From Desulfatiglandales bacterium (GTDB lineage: Bacteria; Desulfobacterota; DSM-4660; Desulfatiglandales; Desulfatiglandaceae), in the NCBI GenBank assembly GCA_963662465.1, contig OY759599.1, positions 3,200,001 to 3,264,000 on the forward strand: a stretch of 64,000 nt of DNA, given 5' to 3'. Under the pieces are notes generated by a model that worked only from the letters and a program-made list of their open reading frames with translations, searched no databases and was not told the DNA's origin. Positions within the stretch are counted from its first letter, which is position 1. The number at the start of each line of letters is the position of its first letter. Both the position numbers and the translations under genes were made by a program. Below, piece by piece: positions 18,519 through 30,269 of the stretch.

Positions 18519-19582
18519 AAAAGGGTAAAGACAAAAGAATACAGAAGCCCGGAAAAAAAGAGACATCCATTGTCCGGTCCTCGGCTGCTGAGTACCTGAC
18601 ATTTGTCGCGGCATGCGGTAAAGGAGGCGTTGAGGCAGTTTATGCAGATGAAAATATCTGGCTGACCCAAAAAATGATGGGCGTTCTCTACGATGTCGAG
18701 ACGCATACCATTAACTATCACTTGAAAAAGGTGTTTACTGATAGTGAGTTGGAAGAGGATTCAGTTATTCGAAATTTTCGAATAACTGCCGCAGATGGTA
18801 AAAATTACAATACTAAACATTACAATCTTTCGGCTATCATCGCTGTAGGCTACAAGGTCAACTCAGAACGTGCCGTGCAGTTCCGTAAATGGGCGACAAC
18901 GATTATTCAGGAGTTCACCATCAAAGGCTACACAATGGATGATGAGCGTCTAAAGAATAACGGTTCTGTCCTTGGCAAACAATATTTTGAAGAGCAATTG
19001 CAACGTATCCGGGAAATTCGTCTGAGTGAGCGTAAGTTCTATCAGAAAATTACCGATATCTATGCCTCGTCCATTGATTATGATATATCGGCTCAAGCCA
19101 CGAAGCGTTTTTTTGCGACGGTACAAAACAAGCTGCATTGGGCAATCCATGGCCAGACGGCTGCGGAAATGATCGTAGACCGTGCGGACCACAAAAAAGA
19201 TAATATGGGGCTGACCACCTGGAAAGACGCTCCAAAAGGTAAAATTCAAAAGTTCGATGTCAGTGTGGCCAAAAACTATTTGACCGAAAATGAAATGGCG
19301 CAATTGCAGCGGTTGGTCTCTGCCTATCTGGACGTTGCGGAAGATATGGCGCTACGGCAGATCCCGATGACGATGCAAGATTGGGAAAAACGCCTCAACC
19401 GGTTCATCGAAGCGACAGACCGGAAAATTCTGCAGGACGCAGGAAAAGTCACAGCAGAAATTGCCAAGGCCCATGCCGAAAGTGAATTTGAAAGATACCG
19501 CATCATTCAGGATCGCCTCTTTGAAAGTGACTTCGACCGGATGATCAAGCAGTTGGAACAGAAAAATGAGGATAAAGAATAG
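18515..19582 (+). CDS. rhuM: RhuM/virulence-associated DNA-binding family protein
   Basis: IWLTQKMM, YNLSAIIAVGYKVNS.RA.QFRKWA, IREIRLSERKFYQKITDIY. Confidence 0.9.
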   Translation: MKKGKDKRIQKPGKKETSIVRSSAAEYLTFVAACGKGGVEAVYADENIWLTQKMMGVLYDVETHTINYHLKKVFTDSELEEDSVIRNFRITAADGKNYNTKHYNLSAIIAVGYKVNSERAVQFRKWATTIIQEFTIKGYTMDDERLKNNGSVLGKQYFEEQLQRIREIRLSERKFYQKITDIYASSIDYDISAQATKRFFATVQNKLHWAIHGQTAAEMIVDRADHKKDNMGLTTWKDAPKGKIQKFDVSVAKNYLTENEMAQLQRLVSAYLDVAEDMALRQIPMTMQDWEKRLNRFIEATDRKILQDAGKVTAEIAKAHAESEFERYRIIQDRLFESDFDRMIKQLEQKNEDKE

Positions 19583-19621
19583 AGACTTTCAGGTATGAAA
19601 TCGGGGGACATCCATACTTAA

Positions 19622-19671
19622 TTCCAACCAACCAAATGAACCGGTCGAGCCGGTTATTTGAGGTGTTATGC
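19622..19671 (+). other. Very short (50 bp) attC site
   Basis: TTCCAAC-caaccaaatgaaccgg-tcgag-ccggttatttgaggt-GTTATGC. Confidence 0.7.
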
Positions 19672-19702
19672 GTGATCTCAACAAAAGGGAGGCTGACATA
19701 AA

Positions 19703-20680
19703 ATGGAATACTTGATCTTTTTTGTTTTGTTATTATTAATTTTTGGCTGGCTGTTCAAGTCTAAAGGCAAAACCAAGACAAAAAGGGCTACCGTAAGGGA
19801 TAATTCTAAATCACCGCTTATCAACATTTCCCAAAAAAGAGAAGATGATAACGGGCTTACCGTATTCTTAACAGTTGATGTGTTTTATGAACTAAGATGT
19901 CAATTTCTCCGAAATGGATCACCTTGGGTTGATGTTTACGACACCAAAGATGGCTTTAGTCATTCCTACAATGTGAAAACCTCCCGTTGGAAAGATGGTG
20001 ATAATCCGGTTATTCCAGAATACCAACGACAGCTCACAACATTCATTAAAGAAGAGTGGCAAACAGCATGGGAGACTTTCGGAAAACCTGAATTTGATAC
20101 TGGGGAAAAAAAGCCAGCCCCTCCTCCTTCACACGTTGACTTTTCAAAAACGCCAATAACACTTGATTTTATGACTGAAAACCTTGCGAGTTTTACAAAA
20201 GAATATGACGCAGAAGGTTCGTCAGGTTCAAAATACAAAATCATATTGAAAGATTTACAATGCACCTGTCCTGACTTTACAAAGAGAAGGTCACATTACC
20301 CACCGACTGATATAAGAAGAGCTTGTAAACACATAGCTCGGCTAATAATGGACCTCAAAATAAACACAAAAATATCAGAAAACAGCATGACACAAGCGTT
20401 TATTAGAGTGGCTGCTGATAGCGGAAAGGTCGTGTATCTATTTGATAATTTTTATGAAATCAAGATTAGTGATGAAGTCAAAGGGCCAAACCCATTTTAC
20501 ATTTTGCTGCCAGCAGAAGAAAAAATCTGGGCAGAGGTGTTATTCTTTGGCAAGAGAAGCTATGAGAATCATGGATATCATCTCAAGGAAAAAAGATGGG
20601 GTAAACATAATAATCCTTTTCCACCAGGGTCGCGGCAAAAGGTCAATTGGGTCATGAGCAAAATAGCTGAGGAAGTATAA
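19703..20680 (+). CDS. Membrane-anchored SWIM zinc-finger protein
   Basis: N-terminal hydrophobic helix; CTCPDF...RACKHI SWIM motif; stop abuts the attC R''. Confidence 0.75.
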   Translation: MEYLIFFVLLLLIFGWLFKSKGKTKTKRATVRDNSKSPLINISQKREDDNGLTVFLTVDVFYELRCQFLRNGSPWVDVYDTKDGFSHSYNVKTSRWKDGDNPVIPEYQRQLTTFIKEEWQTAWETFGKPEFDTGEKKPAPPPSHVDFSKTPITLDFMTENLASFTKEYDAEGSSGSKYKIILKDLQCTCPDFTKRRSHYPPTDIRRACKHIARLIMDLKINTKISENSMTQAFIRVAADSGKVVYLFDNFYEIKISDEVKGPNPFYILLPAEEKIWAEVLFFGKRSYENHGYHLKEKRWGKHNNPFPPGSRQKVNWVMSKIAEEV

Positions 20681-20683
20681 CAT

Positions 20684-21161
20684 ATAGGGATAGGGAGGAG
20701 CCTCACAGCTCCCCCCTCCCACACCAATAGGCCGGGCTCGTCAGGGCTATGACTCGAAATGTTCCTGACGCCAGGGTTTTGTTTTACCGGTTTTCCCTTA
20801 TATTCCGGTAGATTTCAGTTGCAGTTCCCTACGAGGCGCAATGGGCCTCCCGGGGTAAACACGTGTCTTTCCGCACACGAGCGCCGACCACGTGCCTGGC
20901 CTGTAGTAGTTAGAGGACTTTGTTCTGTGTTGCGAACTCGTCCCACCAGACCCGCCTCACTCGATTTCTGTTCGTCGCCCCGTGCGTTTACGGTGCCCTG
21001 CCGCAGCAAGGCCACTGCCTCTCCAGGCCCGTTACCGGGTACCCGGTTGTGATACCGCTACACCCTTCGCCACTACCTGGCTGGGTCTGGGACTTGCGTA
21101 AAATATCGGAAGCATGGTACATTACGCGCACCCTTAAGAACATGTGCCGTGCCCGGCACAC
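20684..21161 (-). mobile_element. ORF-less, internally deleted group IIC-attC intron
   Basis: Minus strand begins GTGTGCCGGGCACGGCAC and ends tggtgtgggaggggggagctgtgaggctcctccctatccctat; removing it restores R'' ACAT|AAC. Confidence 0.85.
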
Positions 21162-21243
21162 AACCAAGCGCTGCACCAGACGCCTGATACTTGGGCAGTT
21201 CCAGCGGAAGCCGGAGAAGGCGCTGGTGAGCTTGTCGTTGGCC
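21162..21243 (+). other. attC site (R'' split by the intron)
   Basis: AAC-caagcgctgcaccagacgcctgatacttggg...ggcgctggtgagcttgtc-GTTGGCC. Confidence 0.9.
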
Positions 21244-21481
21244 GTGCGCCTTTATGAGGAACTATCCAAAGGGAAAGGGAAATGTTTCGTGCGTATTTAA
21301 CGGTAACGGAAACCACGATTAAGGAAGATGCTTTCTCTAAAAGAGCTTTACAAAATTTGTTTAAACTTATTGACTTATGCAACTGTGAGAAATTGAAACC
21401 GAGTTCGCACAAAATGAAGCGTGATCTATGCAGGAAAACGATGTCCCCTTTCCTCCATAAACGTACAAAAACAATTTACAG

Positions 21482-21718
21482 ATGACTTTTGAAATCATTG
21501 AAGAAATCACGGATATAGAACCCATTGCTGTTGGTAATTCCATACGGGACATCCACCGACTTAGCAAACAATATGGTCGTGGAAGATGGAGAAAACTCAA
21601 AGGAAAGACTACAGTGAAATTCTCAAATGGAGATATTTGTAAAGCTGAAATACATTGGTATGAGGCGCACGGAATTGGTAAGAAGAAGATGAAAGTTAAA
21701 TATATCATTGAGAGATAA
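21482..21718 (+). CDS. Small hypothetical protein (putative toxin of a two-gene module)
   Basis: 78 aa, RGRWRKLKG...AEIHWYEAHGIG. Confidence 0.7.
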   Translation: MTFEIIEEITDIEPIAVGNSIRDIHRLSKQYGRGRWRKLKGKTTVKFSNGDICKAEIHWYEAHGIGKKKMKVKYIIER

Positions 21719-21723
21719 AACAT

Positions 21724-21939
21724 ATGAATAATTCATTCTATTTATGCATATCTAATAAAAATTGCCCAGATTTAGAGGTAAAGAAGGTTTATTACGGAAT
21801 AGGCGATCCTGTTGCAAGTAAATATGGGCAAATAAGAATCATAGATGAATCTGGAGAAGATTACTTATATCCACAAGAATATTTTGTGGTAGTTCAGCTT
21901 CCCAAAGAAGCAGAAAGAGCCTTTGAATTAGTTGCATAG
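21724..21939 (+). CDS. Small hypothetical protein (putative partner/antitoxin)
   Basis: 71 aa, RIIDESGEDYLYP; 5 bp after the previous gene. Confidence 0.7.
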   Translation: MNNSFYLCISNKNCPDLEVKKVYYGIGDPVASKYGQIRIIDESGEDYLYPQEYFVVVQLPKEAERAFELVA

Positions 21940-22098
21940 CAAAGCGATGCCCTATTTTTTCTGTAACTCTACGTGATTCATATTGTTTCCGTGCGGTTGA
22001 TTTCATGGTCCGCCACACGCCTGATAGTTTCGTTGCTCTGGCAAGTTTTCGCGTGTGAGCGTAAGTAACTGGAGCTACGAATAAGGAAGAATATCATT

Positions 22099-22744
22099 TT
22101 GACCGAACCGGAGTTGCGACAACTCGTAGCCGAGTTACCCAATCGTCCCTTAATGGTTGGCAGGGATGGACTGCGACTCTCACTCGCAGGTGTACAGGAC
22201 AAATTGCCTGTTATCGTTCATCACAACAGAATATGTCTCCCCCTTGTCGGTACTCCCAGCACCCACATACTGAAACCAGAGCCAGATCGTTTTCCGGGAC
22301 TGGTCCACTGTACCAGCTCTTGATATTCCCAGCTTTATCAACGGCCTGATTTTCAATGTGTTGATCGGCAACGCAGATGCTCACGGCAAGAACTACTCGT
22401 TATTGTATTCTGGTGGCGAACGACGGCTATCTCCCTATTATGATCTTGTCTCCACTCTTACTTGGCCTGGCCTCTCTAAGAATCTCGCGATGAAAATTGG
22501 TGGCTGCAAATCAGTCAACGCATTCACGATTGGTGACTGGAAGAAGATGTCAAAGAAGGCTGGTCTTGGTTGGCCGATGATACGGCAACGAATGGCAAAA
22601 AGCTGCCACAGTGTTTTGAACAAGCTGGGCGAGGTCCAGACACAGACCAGAGAATACAGCAATTCCATGGTCACACTACTTCATGAAACCATAGGAGGTC
22701 GCGTGGTCAGAATGCTTGAAGCACTTTCCAAGCAAGATGACTAG
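22099..22744 (+). pseudogene. hipA: HipA toxin fragments
   Basis: LSLAGVQDKLP, THILKP, IGNADAHGKNYS, LSPYYDLV; internal deletion and stop. Confidence 0.85.
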
Positions 22745-22917
22745 CGCGAGGGTTTGTCGAGGGTTTGTTTCGGACCAAGGCAGCAAGTTGAAATATTAGA
22801 GAAAAGCAGGGAACCATTACCTTTAACCCGCCCCCCTCACTGGCATTGGGAGCAGGGGTCACGTTGATTGTCATGGGGGATGTCGCCAGTCTCAAAAAAG
22901 CCAAAAGGATCTGCTGA
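22745..22917 (+). pseudogene. TrkA-C (RCK-C) C-terminal fragment
   Basis: IREKQGTITFNPPPSLALGAGVTLIVMGD reading, no start. Confidence 0.5.
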
Positions 22918-22925
22918 CAAACGCC

Positions 22926-25372
<2,447 letters not shown>

Positions 25373-25400
25373 TCTGAACCTCCCTCAGAATTGCTAGATG

Positions 25401-25751
25401 TTACGAAATATCTTGAATGGATGCGGCAAAAGCCCATCGTCCATTTTCCTTTGAAGCGGAAATAAAGTGTCTGGCGGGCCTCTCCCGGCCATCCATGGAT
25501 ACAATATTGAGGTCCAGGGATTGTTCGAGGATCGTTGCCTTCCCCGTTGTCAAAAAGCGGGAAAATCCCATATTGTGAGCATCTCGAAGACGCTCGGGAA
25601 TAATGGTCGTCAACATGCTGCCCCTGAGCTTTTTTCCGGTCCACCCATATGCATCTTCAAAGGCGGCATTAATATCCTGAATAACGCCATCCTCATCAAC
25701 CATTACCACCGGTATTTTTTGATTCAACATGATCTCATGGAATTTAGACAT
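25401..25751 (-). CDS. Single PAS-domain protein
   Basis: INAAFEDAYGW...IIPERLRDAH. Confidence 0.8.
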   Translation of the reverse strand: MSKFHEIMLNQKIPVVMVDEDGVIQDINAAFEDAYGWTGKKLRGSMLTTIIPERLRDAHNMGFSRFLTTGKATILEQSLDLNIVSMDGRERPARHFISASKENGRWAFAASIQDIS

Positions 25752-28109
25752 TTAAAAATCCTTTCGAATAGATGATGCCGCATCTTCATATCGTGAGGTG
25801 TTCACCGGGAAAAAAACCGTGAAGGACGTGCCGCCGGAATTGATGCAGTCTTCCTTGGCTTGACACGCTTCGCATCGGCTGATGTTTCCCGGACATAACG
25901 TCCCTGGCTGTTCCAGAAAACGACATCGGGTACTGGTCATGCTCAACTGAAAACCGTAACGCTCGCCAAAAACCTTCATTCGCAGAAGATCCGCGCCCTT
26001 GCCGCCGGCGTTAAAATCAAAGGGATGTTTTGAAGAATAATCCATGGTCTCCTGGGTGGAAAAGAATCCCTCAAATATTCGCTTGCGATTCTCGGGAACT
26101 ATGCCGACCCCAAAATCCTGCACGATCAGCAAAACACCATTTTCTTGGTGCTCCACAAATAGGTCCACCCGGCCCCCGTCAGGGGTATTTTCGATGGCAT
26201 TTTTAATTAACCCGTCAATCACTTTCCCCATAACGTCCCGCGGCATGCAAATGAGAACATCTTTTTTCAGATGTTCAACGATTTCGACACTGCGATGGGA
26301 AAAATGCGGCGCTAATGCAGCCACTCTTTCCGCCACATAATGATTGAGCAAAAATTCTTCAATTTTGCTTTCCCTGGGTCCGAACTCCTTCTCAAGCCTG
26401 GCGCGCAACCATGTTACAATCTCTCCTTCACCCACCTTTTCCGCTACCAGGGATTCCAATTCATCCATGCATTGATCCACCATAAAAGAAAGTACGGGAT
26501 AAGACCTGTACTCCCGGCCTCTCATGATGTCCTCCACCTGATACTGGATTTCCAGGATTCGATCCACGTTCCGCCTAGCCCTTTGAAACGTAGTCGACCA
26601 CTCTTCCTCGGGAAGGGTTTCCAGCTTTTTGGCCAGGATAATCAAGGATCCCAACAGGATAGATGCGGGTGTTTTCAGTTCATGGGACAGGTGATTGATA
26701 ATCTTGTCCTTGGCACGGTTCAAGCTGGCCACTTCCTGGTACGCATCGGTCAATTCTTTCGAAAATCGGGCATTTTCGATGGACAACGCCACGGTTCCGG
26801 CAATCATGGTCAAGAGTTTCCGGTCTTTATCATCAAAAGTTTCAGTCTTTTTATTGGTCGCCATCAGGACCCCGATGATTCTCCCGCCCGCCTCAAGCGG
26901 AACAATCACCAGGCTGTGAGTCCGGGAACCGATGGCATCATCCAAACCATGATAAAAGTCCGGATCTTTCGCGGTATCCGTGATAACAGACGCCTCTCCG
27001 GTTCGCCAAACACGAGCGAGAACCCCTTTGTTCACCGGATGACGAACCGTCTTGATCCGGCGCTGGGCCGAAGAATCATCATAAGCGGCCCCCAGAAAAA
27101 AAACATACTTCAGATCCTCATGGAAAAGACCCACAACCGCCCCTTCCGTATTGAGAAGCCGTTTCACTTCGCAGGCAATGTAATCCAGCAACTCTTCCAG
27201 TACAGGGTATCTGGGCAACGCACGGCTGATCTGAAACAGGGTTTCATTGATGCGCTCCATTCGCCGTTCTTCCGTAACGTCCCGCAGAATAAAGAGTTCT
27301 CCCGGGTTATCAGCGGTGTTTTGCGAAGAAAGCTGCCCTCGAATGATCACGTCCAGAATACGACCATCCTTGGTCATTCGTTTGGTTTCAATGGTCGCAT
27401 TCGCATCTTCCTGAAAGCGTTTGAAGCTTTCCCCGGCTTCTTTCTCATTTCCGGGCGGAAAATAGGGGATTTTTCGACCGATCAGTTCCTCCAGGGTCCA
27501 GCCAAACACCTGGGTAAAGGCGGGGTTGATATAGGTTACATTTCCGGAAGACGAAAATACGACCATGGGATAAGGAACAAAATCGAAGAGGTTCCGGGTT
27601 CTCCGCCTGGCTTTTCTCTTGGCTTCGAATTCACGTTCGTAACGAACCCGTGCTTCCTTGAGAGCGCTGATGGTCTTGAATTTTTCGGTAACATCTCTGG
27701 CAATGCCTCGAAACCCCAGTTTTTTTCCTTCATGATTCTTGACCAGGTACGCGGAAAGTTCAATAACCCTGCGGTTCCCCCCCTCATCCCGGGTTTCCCA
27801 TATGAGATTGGAAAAACCCCGATGACTGACCCAGACCTTGTTGAATGCCGCCTGGAACTTCCTTGAATGCCTGGCATCCATAAATTTCCCCAGGTTTTCA
27901 TTAAGGATTTCTTCCCTTGGATAACCCAGCACATTGCAAAGGGAGTTGCTGAAATCGGTAAAATTGCCATGGTTATCCATTTCATAAACACAATCGCCCG
28001 AATCGTCAATCAAGTCCTTCAAATACCCGTCAGAGGTGTTTTCCGCCCGGCAAACCGCAAGCGAGCTCTCCTGTTCCGCAATCTCTTCCTTCTTAACGTC
28101 CCCTTCCAT
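25752..28109 (-). CDS. PAS-PAS-GAF histidine kinase with a Cys-rich insert in the ATPase domain
   Basis: HLSHELKTP, KNAIE, DFGVGI, IFEGFFST. Confidence 0.88.
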   Translation of the reverse strand: MEGDVKKEEIAEQESSLAVCRAENTSDGYLKDLIDDSGDCVYEMDNHGNFTDFSNSLCNVLGYPREEILNENLGKFMDARHSRKFQAAFNKVWVSHRGFSNLIWETRDEGGNRRVIELSAYLVKNHEGKKLGFRGIARDVTEKFKTISALKEARVRYEREFEAKRKARRRTRNLFDFVPYPMVVFSSSGNVTYINPAFTQVFGWTLEELIGRKIPYFPPGNEKEAGESFKRFQEDANATIETKRMTKDGRILDVIIRGQLSSQNTADNPGELFILRDVTEERRMERINETLFQISRALPRYPVLEELLDYIACEVKRLLNTEGAVVGLFHEDLKYVFFLGAAYDDSSAQRRIKTVRHPVNKGVLARVWRTGEASVITDTAKDPDFYHGLDDAIGSRTHSLVIVPLEAGGRIIGVLMATNKKTETFDDKDRKLLTMIAGTVALSIENARFSKELTDAYQEVASLNRAKDKIINHLSHELKTPASILLGSLIILAKKLETLPEEEWSTTFQRARRNVDRILEIQYQVEDIMRGREYRSYPVLSFMVDQCMDELESLVAEKVGEGEIVTWLRARLEKEFGPRESKIEEFLLNHYVAERVAALAPHFSHRSVEIVEHLKKDVLICMPRDVMGKVIDGLIKNAIENTPDGGRVDLFVEHQENGVLLIVQDFGVGIVPENRKRIFEGFFSTQETMDYSSKHPFDFNAGGKGADLLRMKVFGERYGFQLSMTSTRCRFLEQPGTLCPGNISRCEACQAKEDCINSGGTSFTVFFPVNTSRYEDAASSIRKDF

Positions 28110-28170
28110 CCCGGGACCTCCTGTTGCAATTTCGAATTTCTGATAACTGAGATTATTCCTTGTTTTTAAC

Positions 28171-28205
28171 TTAAAACTTAAAACTTAAAACTTAAATCTT
28201 AAAAC
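28171..28205. repeat. Heptamer tandem repeat (TTAAAAC)x5
   Basis: Directly visible; one unit is a variant. Confidence 0.8.
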
Positions 28206-28234
28206 CGTGTCTGAACGGGGCTTTCGTTCAGGCA

Positions 28235-29041
28235 CTAACGACCCTTTAACTCAAACTTCACAGGGACCTTAACCCACATCGTTACACGCTTTCCATCAAT
28301 ATTTCCCGGTTCAAACCGCCATTTGCCAACCGCCTTCACCGCCGAACGATCCAGAACATCATATCCGCTTGACGTCAATACCAGCAAATCATCCACCCGT
28401 CCCTCGCGGCTGACCAAAACCTTCAGCAGCACAATGCCTTGATAGCCTCTCTTTCGAGCGACCCGGGGATACCCGGGGATAGGGTTTTCGGCGTAGGCCG
28501 GAGAAGCCATGACCACCTTTGACGCGGAAGGGGCTGCATTTTCCAGTCCCGCCAAACCGCCCTTCGGCTGAAAATCATGGTGTTGTTCCGACGTCAACCC
28601 TTTATTGAACGTAGACGTCTCATTTGAGGCAACATCTTTCTGTTTTGGTTGCGGTGGTTTCGAGTTTAGGTTGACCGATTTTTTCTTGGGATTTACCGGA
28701 TTTTTCGATGGCAACCTGACTGTTTTCTTTTTTTTCTTCAGCAGAATCTTCTTTGATGGCGCCGGAATCTGCTTTTCCTTTGGTCGTGGCGCCGGTTTGG
28801 GAATCACTTTTTCAGCTTTCGGTGCGCATTCCTCCGGTGGCATTGTTTTTTCAGACTTTTTTTCCCGAACCACCGCCACAGCCTTTGTCTTTCCAACCCT
28901 GGGTTCGGTTGCAACCAGGGTGAAGGCAAGGGAGCGAGAACGCGGTTTAACAACCTTTTGATTAAAAAACCGGCCCCCAAACCCGAAAAGAAATCCGTGT
29001 ATCAACAGGGCCAGAATTGCCGCCCACAAAAACCGTTTCAC
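28235..29041 (-). CDS. tonB: TonB energy transducer
   Basis: N-terminal TM, Pro/Lys linker, YPRVARKRGYQG..SSG...LD..A....WRFEP. Confidence 0.9.
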   Translation of the reverse strand: MKRFLWAAILALLIHGFLFGFGGRFFNQKVVKPRSRSLAFTLVATEPRVGKTKAVAVVREKKSEKTMPPEECAPKAEKVIPKPAPRPKEKQIPAPSKKILLKKKKKTVRLPSKNPVNPKKKSVNLNSKPPQPKQKDVASNETSTFNKGLTSEQHHDFQPKGGLAGLENAAPSASKVVMASPAYAENPIPGYPRVARKRGYQGIVLLKVLVSREGRVDDLLVLTSSGYDVLDRSAVKAVGKWRFEPGNIDGKRVTMWVKVPVKFELKGR

Positions 29042-29448
29042 CTTTTTTTGACGCCCTCCGCCTCCAGGCTGATCTGACTGATGCCGGCGGTTTTAATCTG
29101 GTCCAGCACGCGAAATAACGCCTGGTAAGACAGATTTCGGTCGGCGAACAGAAGAACCCTGGGCTCCCTGCCCTTTTCGGTTTCTTTAACCAGAACCCCG
29201 GCAAGATCCTCGATAAGAATCGGCGCCTTGTTCAGGAAAATTGCGCCGTCGCTCTTTACCGTTACAGACAAAATAACCTGTTTGTCCATCTCCGCCGTGG
29301 ATGACGTGGGGAGCGCCACCGGCAGCGCCTTATGCACCGCCATGGAGAGCATGGCGTAGATAAAAAAAACAAGCAACAAAAATACGATATCAATCAGCGG
29401 GAGCATTTCAATGCGGGGTTTCCGGACATTTTTCAAATCAATCTTCAT
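29038..29448 (-). CDS. exbD: ExbD
   Basis: MLPLIDIVFLLLVFF. Confidence 0.92.
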   Translation of the reverse strand: MKIDLKNVRKPRIEMLPLIDIVFLLLVFFIYAMLSMAVHKALPVALPTSSTAEMDKQVILSVTVKSDGAIFLNKAPILIEDLAGVLVKETEKGREPRVLLFADRNLSYQALFRVLDQIKTAGISQISLEAEGVKKR

Positions 29449-30077
29449 GGCTTCTCCGCCCCTTTTATATTGGCGGCGCTCGAAATTTTTTCAAAGACGA
29501 TCTCAAGACTGGTGGCATATTTCTCAATGGCCAGAACGGCGTTTTCCACTCGCGCATTGAAATAATTATACGGAAAAACGGACAGAATGGCGATCCCAAG
29601 ACCAGCCGCCGTGGTGATGAGCGCTTGTGCGATCCCTCCGGTAACAGCCTGTGGATTTGCGATGCCGCTGGCGCCTAATAACTCAAAGGAACTGATGATG
29701 CCGAGAACCGTTCCGAAAATCCCCAGAAGCGGCGCCACGGTAATCATGGTGTCCAATATGGACATGTGCCGACGCATCCGCTTTACTTCATCGGCAGCCG
29801 CCGATTCCATTGCTTTGAGCATGGAAAAATCACGGTGAAGTATTCCCGACACCAGTATCCGGATCACATAGTCCTTTGATCCCTGGACCTTTTTCCTCAC
29901 GCCCTCCCAATCACCCATCCTGCATAACTCCAGCACCTCATCCACAAGGGGCCTGTTCCGCCGAATATCTTCCCGGGCCCAGAATATAAACCGATCAACA
30001 ATCACCGTAACCGCCAAAATGGAACAGAACAGAAGCGGATACATAACCGGTCCGCCTTTCATGAAAAAACTTATCAT
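29445..30077 (-). CDS. exbB: ExbB/MotA/TolQ proton channel
   Basis: APLLGIFGTVLGII, GIAQALITTAAGL. Confidence 0.92.
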   Translation of the reverse strand: MISFFMKGGPVMYPLLFCSILAVTVIVDRFIFWAREDIRRNRPLVDEVLELCRMGDWEGVRKKVQGSKDYVIRILVSGILHRDFSMLKAMESAAADEVKRMRRHMSILDTMITVAPLLGIFGTVLGIISSFELLGASGIANPQAVTGGIAQALITTAAGLGIAILSVFPYNYFNARVENAVLAIEKYATSLEIVFEKISSAANIKGAEKP

Positions 30078-30269
30078 ATTGAGTACCCTCTGTTAGGAAA
30101 CAATAGGTCAGAATTGAATCCATACCATATAATCAGCAAAAAATTGAGATTTTTCTTTACACCTTGAGATACCGGCCTCAAAATGCTAGAAAAAGAAAAA
30201 AGGCTTCATGGATTTTCCATTTCCTTTTGTACATCATCATAATCGATCATAAAGTCAGGGATTTGCCCG

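Noticed and set aside
1504..21243. Recurring aaccaagcgctgcaccagacgcc repeat as a CRISPR array
   Set aside because: Copies are separated by whole genes and have attC architecture; there are no cas genes
1..22900. Integron integrase or attI
   Set aside because: No tyrosine recombinase ORF in the window; a DPLD-like reading at about 3954 is too short to count
26340..27866. 508-aa plus-strand ORF and similar long antisense ORFs (38704-39537, 43935-44840)
   Set aside because: Shadows opposite well-supported genes, with no motifs
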